In this document: positions 26,734 to 39,352 of the stretch, one piece after another
Layout of the letters: every line of letters begins with the position of its first letter
Numbering within the stretch: the stretch's first letter is position 1
NCBI RefSeq assembly: GCF_022539665.2
Contig: NC_081333.1
Span: forward strand, 2,170,001-2,234,000
Origin: Daphnia carinata
Lineage: Eukaryota
DNA: 64,000 nt
Reading direction: 5' to 3'
Translations under genes and position numbers: made by a program
Notes under the pieces: model-generated
What the model was told of the DNA's origin: nothing
What the model saw: only the letters and a program-made list of their open reading frames with translations
Databases searched by the model: none

Positions 26734-27651
26734 ATGAATCGAGCACGACCGATAAAGATTACTGTCGTCGGTGACGGTATGGTGGGGAAAACGTGCATTC
26801 TCATTGTGTATACGAAGAAAGAATTTCCTGAGATACACGTTCCGACCGTGTAAGTTTGATCTAGGAATTTACTACAAAATCTAGAGTGAATTTACGATCT
26901 TTTTCTAAGTGGAAATGATGGCGTAGCTGAAGAAGATTAGAGCAAAAAACGTGCCTGGCATGATCGTAGTAAAATTAAAACATTATTCTGCTCAGGTTTG
27001 ACAACTATTCTGGCACGGTCGAAGTTGATGGATATCCTTATAGCATTACATTGTGGGACACAGCCGGTCAGGAAGAATATAAAAATCTTCGCATCTTGTC
27101 CTATCCCAATGTAAGTCTGTTTTTTTTAAACACTTTGCTGTATCAGTAATATAGAGTGGATCCAAAGGCATTAAATGACAGCAAAATTGTTTTCGAAGAC
27201 GGACGTTTTCTTACTTTGCTACGCAGTTAGCCATCGGTCTTCTTTTGAAAATATTGTACAAAAGTGGATCCCTGAACTGAAGCACTATTGTCCTCACACG
27301 TCCATCATCCTTGTCGGTATCAAAACATAAGTCAGTGGGAAACAAAAGGGTTCTTTACCATTCAAATTTTTGTAGGAACGAAAGCAGACATACGGAGCGA
27401 CTATGGATCGACCAATAGACAATGCGTATGGATCAAAATTTTTCCTTTTGTTTAATTGATTTGAAAAATTTGTCTTTTCTCTAAAGGTAACTACGCTTGA
27501 GGGCAGAGAATTGAGCAAGAAGTTCCAGATCAATGGTTTTTACGAATGCTCGGCAAAAACAGGGGAAAATATAGTACAAATTTTCGAAGAGGCCATTCGG
27601 GTCGCTATAAATAAACCAAAACCAAAGCCGTCCAGGTGCGACCTTCTTTAA
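26734..27651 (+). CDS. RhoL: RhoL-like GTPase paralog 3
   Basis: [16 protein letters not shown] (GDGM is RhoL-typical), [14 protein letters not shown] and CAAX CDLL; five exons. Missed by the ORF track because the exons are short. Confidence 0.9.
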
Positions 27652-28488
27652 ATCATTAAACTTAAGTCTTCAACTACATACGGAGAAAATCCTTATACCC
27701 GGAGCGGAATAAACGGAAATAGAAAAGGAAAAAAAAAAGAAACGAAAAGGAGTAAAATAAAAATCCATAATAAAAAAAACAGAAATTTTTAATTTCCATT
27801 TTTTTTGGTGTGTGATTCATAATAAGTGCAAATAATTGTTAAAATTGCACATGGCTTTTGGTAAATAAAAATGCCTAAAAATCAACCTTAGCCCCCCCCC
27901 CCCTTTCCGACAAAACTTTTTTGCGGTATACTGAGATCAACACAGTTTAGTCAACAGATTTTCGATATGTAGTTAAAAAACCTCCAAAGATAATTTTTTT
28001 TTTGCAAAACGATCTCCCCAAGTCCGAATGTGTAAAAAAATCTAATTTGCGACCGGTTTTTCTCAGAAAAATGGGCACAATAACCGAGATTTATCAGCAC
28101 AATTCACAACAAGCCGTAAGAACAGAGTGTTGTGAATTGTGAGACGATAGCTTCGCAGATTGCACGCTTCTCGCGGTTATCATCGAAGGATCATTATAGC
28201 TAACACGGCCTTGTCGCCTAAATCGGCACCTTTATGTCCTTTTGCTAGACATGCTCTTAAACGTAAAGTTAAATAACTCTAAATGACTTACTGCTATTCG
28301 AATCAACTGAGAAAGAATCTGCGATCCAACGGTGCCCGATGCGCGATACCGGACAACCACATTTAACCTGGAGTGAAGCAAATTAATGAAAATGAAATTT
28401 TTTGCTTCATTTAACTTGACCGAATGTATTCTTACAAACTAGTGAAAAGATGCATAACACTTCTGTATTTGTCAGCTTACGTAGATCC

Positions 28489-31431
28489 TTATAAATTCAT
28501 CTTACGGCCTTCAATACTTAGGATAGCATTGTTAGGTCCTTTGCTCTTCCCACCTTTCATCCGGCTATATTCTTGAATTCGTTTTTCCATCTTTGACAAC
28601 GTTTTCTTCGACGTCTATTGGGTCAGAGAACTCAACATTATCGGGTGACAATTCACTAAAGCAAAATTAATCGTTATTATTCTTACCCTTGACATGTCGA
28701 CTTCAGAGGTCCATTTGGGACGGACAACGTAATCTTTAGTGGATGGTTGCGGTACCCGTGCTCTTGGTACCCAATTGGGGTCTCCGGGTCGTACAGATCT
28801 AATGCCCATTTCACAATTTAATAATCTAAACATAATTAAAGAATAATATTTTATAAGGGTATTACGTTTCTTCCTCTTGCATGGCTTTTGAGATGTCCTT
28901 CGATGCTGCAGTTTCAGCGGCCTGCTGACGTACCTTAGGAAGTTGCTCCAAGTCTCTTTGCTCTCGCTCTTCCCGGCTTAAAGCTATCATGTAAATAACA
29001 CGTTAAAAGTCTTGCTTGTAAAACATTTTGTCACTTAGCAAATACTACTCCTGTTTAACAACATTCAGGTAAATCTATTCTAATTTCTTAGGGGTTGAGG
29101 CACATCGTAAGCACTTGGGCATTGAGCACTCGCAAAGTAGGCGAGACTCACCCAAGGACGACTTATACCCCTCCAAAGATTAGCACCGTATGCACGAGGC
29201 TTACGTATGTAGCCAAGCGTCACCAAGGCTTCTTATTTTCCTTACTCATTAGTTTAAGGCACAACTGTAGTTAAGCTTCCCCTCTCAACTTGTACTTTTT
29301 CGTTTGCACAAATGCGATGATAATGTCCGCTGCACGATTCGCAAAATTTTGAAAAGAGATTAAAAGCAACGTAAACGAAACGAGGGTCATCGCAAGCCTT
29401 AACATGAACAGTACAAAGTTCATTTTTAATTACTAGGCGAAATCGTACCATTCGGAAATAAGAAATGAAAGTAAGTGTTTTTCTTGCATTATTGGTACGA
29501 ATGTACGAATACCGCAACAGGTATGAATATAAACCTACCCCTCCCCCCCGAAAATTCTGCGGTTGCCAAATTGACAATAAATTTCCCAGTACCTTTAAAA
29601 TCTGTCGTCAAGTTGAAAATAGGTCGGGCCCATTCACTGATTAGCTTTCCAGCCTTTTCCTTGTTTTCCTTGGTTTCTTTAGGATGCTTACACAAGTACA
29701 TAACTGCCTTGCCAATGCCAGACTGTTTCAGTGCTCCTTGATCCAGAGGTGGAAACTAGGAATAAATAATAAACAAACACTCAAAGAATTCATTATCACC
29801 AGAAAAAAGAATGCGATTTTTACTTCTCGCAGCATAGTGAGAATTTGTTCTCGGATTCGTAGTGCAGGGAGACTGCGATCTGGCATTGGGGCAAGCCAAT
29901 CCGTCAACACGCTTAATATATTGTGCTCGATGAATGCCATCTGTAAGTCGTGTTTCCGTAGCTGTGCAATAACAGTTGGAAGAAGAGAGATTTTCTTTGT
30001 TGCAGGCTTTCGAAGTTTGTTGAATTCGCGATCCTCCTTTAAGGGAATAGTTTTAGAATATCAGCAAGCCAAAAAACGATTGTCATAAACGAAGGTAATC
30101 AAGCAAATATATATTACCTCCGAGGCGGCTTTCATCTGCTGAATCATATGAGCAATCAAGTCATCGTTATCGTTGATGATATCGACGTCCTTGCGTTTGC
30201 GTTTCCTTTTTTCATCCTTTTTACGGGCCATCATAAGATCAAAATCCGAAACAAACTCAGCCCTATTTAAGCGAGTATTGCTAAGAACTGAAATTTTCGG
30301 CGAAAATATCTTATGACTCTTACCTTTGATCGTCTTGATTATCTGAATCACTGTCTTGCTCCCTGTCAGAAACCTTTTGGGTTGGTAGTTCACTGTCATC
30401 CTTTTTCGGAGCTTCGTCACCAGAATCACCAAAAACCTCTTCTAATGCTTTTTTGTCTTTTTCGTTTCCAACACTGCCTTCTTCATCGCTTGAGTCGCCA
30501 GCTGGGCGGGCAATACGTGACTTGCTTTTTCCTTTCTTCTTGGAGCTTCCAGGACCGTCGGAATCACTGCCACTTCTACTGCCTAGCTTACGCTTACGAG
30601 AGCCAACTCCTCTACTGTTAACGCTCGAAGCAGATGATGATCTGGATCGGGAGGATGCTGATCTTGATCTAGACCTTGAGCCTTTAGATCTTGAGCCTTC
30701 AAAGAGTAATTTTCACATTGGTGAAATAGGTTCAATAGAAATCTCGTACAGCAATCCTTACGAGAACGTGATTTCGAACGGCTACTGGACCTCGAGCGAG
30801 AGCCAGATCTTGAACGTGATTTCGATGATCGACGTGAAGAGCGAGATCTCGAACGGGAGGAACGAGAACCTGATCTCGATCTCGATCTAGATACTAGAGA
30901 ATTCATTAAGACGAAATTATTCTTAGAATTTAGAACGATATTCGCTCCTCTTCAGAGTTGTTTACGAATACCTTTCCGAGATACTGATTTGGAGCGACTT
31001 CGGGATCTTGAAACCGAACGTGATTTCGAGCGTGACTTCGACGAACGACGCGACGAACGTGAGCCGGATCTAGAACGAGATCCAGATTTTGACCTTGACA
31101 AAGAAGGTGATCTTGATCTTGAATGGGATTTAGAGGGTGACAGTGTCCTGCTCCTTGTGGCTTTTTTCATACGAGGGGATTGAGATGCACCATCTTCTTT
31201 TGCATTGCCTTTGGTTCAAAGTAATGGTATATAACGTAAGCACTGAGCATGAAGCATGAGTTAAGCATGAGAATGAGTTAACTTCCTACCAGAATTATCA
31301 GTCTCATCCTCCAGCCTTTTCGTTTCTCTTGATACTGAACTATTTCCATCATTTTCCAAGCTTTCGTCTTTCAAGTTCTCTTCTGTAGCATTTTTAGTAT
31401 TAGAAACAGATTTATCTACAGAGTTTTCCAT
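28489..31431 (-). CDS. IWS1: IWS1 homolog (Spt6-interacting, TFIIS-N domain) with an RS-rich N-terminus
   Basis: [81 protein letters not shown] and the SIEGRKM C-terminus. Confidence 0.93.
29090..29262 (-). ncRNA. RNU12: U12 minor-spliceosome snRNA inside an IWS1 intron
   Basis: The minus strand begins GTGCCTTAAACTAATGAGTAAGGAAAATAA (U12 5' end, including the branch-site recognition sequence AGTAAGGA). Then GGTGACGC, an Sm-like AATCTTTGG and CGCCTACTTTGCG (conserved stem-loop III loop). The 3' end is approximate. Confidence 0.92.
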
Positions 31432-31619
31432 ACCCTAAAAATGTTTCAAATGGAAACAACAAATCAGACTCATGAAGACAGAAAGGACAAAAACAGAGTT
31501 CTTGTTCTAATTTTAGTTTTTTTTAAGCCGGTGGCAGGGTGATTGGACGCGAATAAGTAAGTGTAGTTCCTTTTCATAGCCTAGAAACTATAATCTCTAC
31601 ATATGATGTCCACCTTACC

Positions 31620-31875
31620 GTAGTTATGACTGATCGAAGGTAAATGCCAAGTTAAAATTACGAAACAGAAAAAGGAAGACGAAACTTCGCTAATGCCCAA
31701 ACAGCTTCGCGTTGAACAAAAAACGCCACACATCGACACAAGGTGGGGCTGTTGGCTTGACAGTTAGTAGCTGGCAACAAAAGTCATAAACAACAACTTT
31801 GAAATAATCTCAGAATAATTGTCGTAAACCAGGCGTGTCGAAGCATTTTACGTAAAATAGTTTAACTGAATAATC
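31620..31875. promoter_or_regulatory. Bidirectional promoter and 5'UTR region, IWS1/TAF9
   Basis: Head-to-head genes; IWS1 5'UTR donor near 31618 and TAF9 ATG at 31876. Confidence 0.6.
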
Positions 31876-32685
31876 ATGTCTACCAAAATCCCTCGTGATG
31901 CTCAAGTAATTCAAGCTATATTAAAGGATATGGGCATTATTGAATACGAACCTCGCGTGATCAATCAACTTTTGGAATTCATATACAGTATGTTTGGAAT
32001 AAGGTCTTTTAAATAATTTAATTTAAATGTTTTATGATATTTTTAAGGATACGTCACTACTGTTCTCGATGATGCCAAGGCATATGCCAATCATGCAAAG
32101 AAAAAAGGAATTGACTTAGAAGATGTGAAACTTGCTGTTTCCATGCAAATGGAGCAATCTTTTACTTCTCCTCCACCCCGTGAAGTAATACTGAATTATA
32201 TATTAGCTATTTTATTTGATTGCAATAGTGCAGTTTTTGCTTTTAATTAGATTCTCATGGAAGTTGCAAGGTCAAAAAATAGTATACCTTTGCCCTCTGT
32301 CAAGCCCCATTGTGGCATTCGTCTGCCACCTGACTGCCATTGCCTTGCTGCATGTAACTACAAGTTAAAGACGATTAAGAAAACATTACCAAAATCATCC
32401 ATGGCTCTGAGTGGATCAACTCCGGCGTCTCGAATGGGAATGCTTGGTGCTGGAAGAGCTGTGCATCGACCAAGTTCACCTGCAGTTCGCGTTACTACTA
32501 TAAATTCAGGAACCCCAAATACTCCTCGCCCATTGGTGAAGATTAACGCCGGTTCTACAAATACTCCCGCCAACGTTCCCAAAATTCAGATCGCTTTTCC
32601 GGCGCAGCCTAATCAGCCAGCAGAGAAAATGGATGTTCGTGGAGTAAAACGTGAAAGAGAAGACGATGATTATGATGCTGCGTAG
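31876..32685 (+). CDS. TAF9: TFIID subunit 9
   Basis: [52 protein letters not shown], and a C-terminal [10 protein letters not shown]; three exons. Confidence 0.95.
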
Positions 32686-33144
32686 GAATCCTGTTATTTG
32701 TCTGGTGTCACGTTTCAATGAAATTCTAGAATTTTTTTTTGCTAGCTTGATTAATGATGAAAGTAAAAGATAAATCGACAATATAGTTTCATCGTCAGTT
32801 TACTTTGTTCGAACTAAAAACGAAAAGTTGCGTTCCTCGTGTAATATGCATCCCAAACGTACATAAGCAAAATGATTAACATGGAAATTAACCGGCTTAC
32901 ACATTTGACACGCAAAGGAGTCTTGAGGGACAAACGATCAGAGGAACACAATGGAACGACTGACGTGGCAAAAAATCAGCTTGGTTTGATAATAAAAATT
33001 TTAGGTTGAAAACTGCTAGGCAGAATTGATCATGTTGAACTTGTAAAGGGAAGGGCGGATTGTTAAAATATGAGAAAAAGTAGTGAGGGAATTCCATGTG
33101 CTCGTCGGACTTTCAGCATCATACGCTGCAAATGTAAACAGCAA

Positions 33145-36100
33145 TTATTCGCAGCCAGGCGGTACTAGGTCTTCATCGTCGTCACCGCCACCACCATCAT
33201 CCCATTTACTTCCAACTTTGCGACGTTCAGATTGGGTGGATGCAGCTAGCGCGACCGAGGGGGCAGGAACAGGACCAGGTTTCTCATCACGAACTGGACT
33301 TCGTTGCTGCATATCTCTTTCTCTACTTTGCCGATCATTCCGATGCTGTTCCTGATCATTGCGACCGTGAGGACTCCCATCCCTACCATCCCTAGTATCC
33401 CGTTCTCTGCCACGATAGTTGTCCTGGCGGCTGCGAGATCGGCTACGGGATGGGGTTCGACTAACACTTCGACTGTAGCTGCGTGAGCGGCTGCGAGATC
33501 GGGATCGGCTGCGACTTCGGCTACGTGAATAGGATCGTTGCATTTGCTGTTGCCAATAACCGCCCCTATTGCGGCCTCGATGGCGACGATTATCATATCC
33601 GCCTACAAATCGTTACGTCATTACATGCTTAAATTTTCAAAATAGAAGCGAATACCTTGATTGTTGTTGTGATACGGTCGGTTATTGTAGGGACGATTGT
33701 TATATCCTCCACGGTTGTTGTTATAGTTGTTATTCCATCCCCGACCACGGTTCTGGAAGCCACCACCGCGTTGTGGATAGCGCCCACCTCGATGATGATA
33801 ATTTTGGTTCGGATGGCGATTTCCCCCACGATAACGCTGATTCTGGTGGCGTCTATCGCCAGAATGGGATCGCGATCGTCTTCGGCGGTATGATCCAGAA
33901 CGGGATCGAGAACGTGATCCAGATCGCGAACCTGACCTTCCACGACTGCGGCTTCGGGACTGACTACGAGAGCGACGCCGCTGAGAACGAGAACGAGACC
34001 GACTCCCTCCACGATCTTTGTCTTGATTAACCTGCAAAATATTACAGCACATGAAAATACGAACTGAACGTTCTACTCATGTAGTTACACACCTCTGACT
34101 GAGTTTGCTCATTGGTTTTTGGTGGACTAACCGGCTTTGGTGCAGCTTGACGAGGCCCAGGACCAAACAATCCGAAAGACTGAATTTTGAAAGAAACTTT
34201 GTCCTCCCCTGATCGAATCAAATGGTTTTTAATTGTAGGCACGGAGAGAGGAAAAGGAAGAAAAAAAGTAAATAAATAATGATAATAAAAAAAAAATACC
34301 GAACAAGCAAACGGAAAAAAGACATAAATATAAAAATAAAATTTTAATTACTGAAGTCACCTGGCGGAAGTTCCTCTTCCTGTTCAACGGGTGCTAGTTG
34401 GGGCAGAGGAGCCCTTTTTTCTTCCTTCATGTATACCATTCGACTTTCTTCAACTTCGGGTTCATCATCTCCACGTCCCAGTTTCACTTTCAGGGCCATT
34501 GGCCTCCATTTTCCAGGATAGTCATCATCATCAGCGGAGTTACCTCCAGCTTGTGCAGACATACCTGCGGCTCCTGGCGTTGGCACGTAAGACGGAGGTG
34601 GAACGGGCTCCGGTTTCAAATTCAATTTCGAATCATTTCCACGTAATAGGCCGGCAGCTGCCGCAAGATCCTCAAGCGCTTTCTTAGCCTTTCGTTTCTT
34701 CCTCTCCAGTTCAGAATCCGACGAACTAAAAACAACAATTTGCATTACAATAAAATGAAAACGCGACGGTATCTGAAAAAGAAAAATCTATTTACCTGCC
34801 CGAAGATGTGGAGGAATCGCTAGAATTAGAGGAATGCCTCTTGCGTTTCTTCTTCTTCTTTGAGGTCTCCTTAGCTGTTAGCTTATTATAAACAGCACTA
34901 AGTTTGGCCTCTAGTTCACCAAGTTCATCCAATCCAGACAGACTATTGAGGGAAAAAATTCCATATGGCATAACCAAGTTTCACATTTTACAAGATCAAC
35001 TTACTTGGGGGAAAGTTGTTTATCAGAATCTTCATCTTCAGAACCCTTCTTTTTCTTCTTGTGCTTTTTCTCCTTATTTTTATCACGTTTACCATCCTCT
35101 GAAAAATAAATTTTCTACTTAACCAATATTCTTGCATTAATTGGGAAGTTTTAATTACTTTTTTTCTTGTCTTTGCTACGATCTTTCTTCTTCTTTTTCT
35201 TTTTGTCTTTCTCTTTTTCCTCTTTCTTATCTCCATCTTTACCCCTGTAAATAAAAATTTTAAGAAGTATTTAAACGGGTTCTGAAAATGCGATAACCAC
35301 TAGTTAATAAGAATCTTTTTTACCCTTTACCCACGCGCTGCAAAAACAACTCTACTTTTTTCTCATACTCTTCATTGAAAGCTGTTCGCTGGATGAAACT
35401 TTGAACTTCCTTTTCATAGCCAACAGTTTGACCAGGCGCGCCACCGGAAGAAGCATACCCGGCAAACGCCGGCGGAGGCGGATTTCCACCGAGAGAACCT
35501 AAATGGATTTGAATAAAATGTTTAGGTAAACAGTTCCAGCTAACCTCAAAGTACATGTCACCAACCAAAAGCAGGGGGCGGTACAGGATGTGGCTGAGTT
35601 GAAATCGAGGGGTATTCTGTTGATGGGTAAAACGTGGATGCTTGATTTGTCGGTGCTGCCTGCCCAGCATCACCAGCGGAGGTGGCACTGTTCGACGGGT
35701 TCAACTGAGCCATTTTCTTACTGAAGGGCGAAAGTGAAGGCTCGCGTTTCGACTTTTTCGAACGGCGAGATTTCTTAGATCGTGAACGACCACGAGATGA
35801 ATCTGAACCAGATGAAGAAAAGCGGCTGGAGGAAGAACTCCCACTTTTTGAGCTACTACTGCTGCTTCCACGCTTTCCTCGTTTACGATGTCGACGAGAT
35901 TTGCGCCCTTCTTCGTTTTTCCCAGTTTCTTCCGTAGCCTTACCCGTGGTTCCTTTAACGGCAGACCCGTTTTCCATATCCAGAAAATCAATATTGAAAT
36001 TAGGCCGCTGGCGATTCTTCGACAAACGTTGAAGGGATGAACGAGCTTCGGTATGATTAGGATTGATACTCAGGCATTTCTGGTAAAGTTGAACTGCCGT

Positions 36101-38550
36101 ATCTAGATTCTTTTCATCCTCATATCTTGAACGAAAAAAAAAAAATAATAAAATAAAATTTATGAATACACTTTTTAAGAAATTACGAAAATCTGTACAT
36201 GTTACAAAGGTTATTCGATTAAAGACCAAGTAGGAAAATGGATTGTTCCTTACTGTTTGGCGTATGCGACAAGCGTCTCCGATAGATAGTTAGTTGCGTT
36301 CGCATGATTGGGACGTTCACTTAGTGCTGCTTCGAAATCAGTTATAGCTTTGTCATAGCTCCCTCTATTAGCGTACCTGTAAAATATTTCAATAAATGAA
36401 GGGAAAAGGGTGAAAATTGATGCTCTTCAGAAATCCAGCAATGAGTTCTGGAACCATTTAAATAAAGTAATGAAGATTAAGCCGTTAATTATAACAACAA
36501 AGGGGTATGAAGCGATGCTGGAGTGGACGACCGAAAGTTCACAGCTTATCACACAACTCTTCATCAATTCCATGTTGAAAATGAGGCAACAAACATCAAG
36601 ACTGTTTTCGTCATGGTTTGGAACAAAGCCCCGAAGTTCACTAAATATCTTGAGCGTTATTCACTTTTGTCTTTATAACACCTGATTGTCTTGGCTAGGC
36701 GAGGAATAGAATGTATGTTAGGTTTTAAATCATGAATTACGACGGATACTGACACACGCTTCGGTCAAATTTCAGGTAGTTCCAGTCTCAATAAACGCTG
36801 AACCTGATTTTGTTCTCTCTCTCTCTCCCATTCGATTTTTAAAAAGGAACACAATATCCTTGGACGGATTTTGGGCAAAATATCTTACAATGGTTGCAGC
36901 TTGGATTTTTTTAAATACGGTAGAAACAAAGATTTACCCTGTGAGCATGGTAATGATAACGTAGATTAATTGAAGTCAATCCCAATTAAAATGAATATAT
37001 ATATATAAATAAGCATAGCTACGCCACAAACCCTAAACGAAAAAGACGACTTACAGAGCGCCTCGTGCCACCAATCCCTCGATATTGACTGCATCGATGT
37101 GTAGAGCTTTGTTCAGACACTGAAACGCCTCAGTTTCTAGTCCAGCTTTGAAGTATTTGATGCCTTCAGCCACGCTTTTAGTAGCCCATTTGCTATTTTG
37201 ACTCCTACGAAGTTCATCAGCATAATCACTTCCTTCGATTGGAGCACTGCAATGAAATGAAGAGAAATTATTTAAATTGTGGAAACATTCGGTGAAACTT
37301 CAAACATTACTTCAATCCTTTTAAGAATGAATCTGAAGCAGCGGACGAAAGATTTAATCCAAGCGAGTTGGACAAGTGTTCAATCGCACTAGGATTACGG
37401 AAGGTCCGGTTACTCTGAAGGCATTCCTCGTATGATTTTCCAGTGAGATCAACCATGGCTCTACATTTCCCGAAAAGTTCCGTATTATGCTGAAATCCAA
37501 AACAAAGAACAAGTAATTGACTTACTTGTAAGATTTTGGCAACTCCTCCTTAGTAATGACACCAAGCTGCAAATCAGACCGTTCAATTGATTGATGCAAT
37601 CCTTTCATCCCACAATTAAGTTTCTCACTATCAGCATTAATGTCTAACACTTCACAGCGGATCAGGTCTCCAGTGTTAAACGCATTTTCTTTGCGGTCTA
37701 AAGGTGCATTAAACTGATCTGGATGGATAGAGCCCTAGAGGAGGGGGAAAAATCGTGTTCAACCATCGATCGTTTTACAAGGGGACCTTGCTTTTCGAAT
37801 TCAAAAACTATACCTTTATAGCTAGTTCCCGAACGTCTCGTAATATCGTAGTACCCTCGGTAGCAACTACACGAAACACCACGCCATGGAAAGTCTTTTG
37901 TTGGACCTGGCCAATTAGGACATCACCAACTTTGATGGACTATTGGAAAGAAAGATAGCCATAATCTCAAAAAGGGAAATATTATAATGCAAACTTACAT
38001 GAAAAAAGTTTGTTCGTGCTTCAGTTTTGTCAAAGTGGCAAAATGACTCAAGAGGTGGCATCAATGGGAAGAAATCTAGAAATATTAGATTGTACACTAA
38101 TTAAAAAATTATCTCACAATTTCATGGCCTTCATCCTCAAGGGTATATCTGCTTTCTAGATTCACAACTAAAAGTATAAGAAATGAAAATTCAAAAGAAT
38201 TGCCTTCATCTTGCAATTTTGATCCACAACAGACAGTGTCATTTGACTTCTTTTCTGCCTTGTACAATTGATGAGCTTTGTCGACAATGAACTGATGCAA
38301 CCTTATTCTTTTTCCACGTTCTTGAAACCTGCAAAGTTACATTCAAGAACCATCAGTACAGTAAAGACAACAGCTGTTGGGTGTTGCTGTAAACATACCC
38401 TAGATCTTTGGATCGATTTTGATAAACTTGGTAATCAACATCTTTTGATGCCACAACTTGCAGGGAAGCAGCTCCCCGTTCATTTTCCCAAAGTTTTGTC
38501 AATTGCTGCCCATGGAAGTTGAGTGTTTGGACAACCAATTCAGGATCCAT
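33145..38550 (-). CDS. TTC14: Tetratricopeptide repeat protein 14 with S1 domain, TPRs and a long RS/RG-rich C-terminus
   Basis: LNFHGQQL, MPPLESF, S1-like region, EAFQCLNKALHID, EGLVARGALYANRG TPR. Phase-consistent exons at the 3' end continue into RS repeats ending DLVPPGCE*. Confidence 0.88.
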
Positions 38551-39352
38551 GATGCCTGAATGTGGTAACAGTCGAATAAACCTGAAAAAAAGAAAGCAGA
38601 ACGAGGGGTAAATACTTAAACATGCTTCATCAACGTAGCAATGCAAGCTTGTAGTGAATGACGGTAGGGTTTGCGTACGAGATAAGGTTTAAATAACATA
38701 ACACGGTAGATTCATTTAAGTATCACACACTCTGTAGGAATAATTACTTACTTGTACTCGTCTGACGATTAGAAGATCTGTTAAAATTTGACAAAGCTCA
38801 GAAAAACGACAGCGTCATAAATACCACACAGATAGGACGCAGAGGAAACGCAGTTCTGAAACAAAAATCAATCGGGCGGATGTTGATGCTACATTGCCAC
38901 TTGGTGTTATATATACACAACTGTGTCATTTGTTTTCCCTTAAACCCCCGCCAAGTTTGAAGCATGACGGACTTATTCTCTATCGTTAGCACAGAGTTTG
39001 TACTTTTACAGATTACACGAGTTAGATTGTTCCACATTCATGCATTAAATGTTTATACAAAGAATTTTTGAGAATAAACTCATTCGTATTAGCTTTGCAT
39101 TCACGTAAATGCTGGCATTTTAGTGGGTGGTCGAATCTCAATTAGATATGCTTTTTACCTATAGTAAGGCCAAGCGAAATTCGCTTTTCGCCATGAATAC
39201 GGATAATGAATAGCGTATAACAAGCATAAAAATTTTATAAAGGGATGTTTATTCATGTAATCAATAACTACTTGACTGAGAAATTAGGCAGGCATTTTTA
39301 GTTCCAGCAACACACTGCATTTCACAACACAAAGCTCCCGACTTTAAAATTT

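Noticed and set aside
27880..28260. MITE between RhoL paralog 3 and IWS1
   Set aside because: Repeat-like composition and a TTAA end, but no matching terminal inverted repeat found.
30313..34030. Antisense and alternative-frame ORFs over IWS1, TAF9 and TTC14 (likewise over Nup62 and Mical)
   Set aside because: Shadow ORFs of low-complexity coding repeats.
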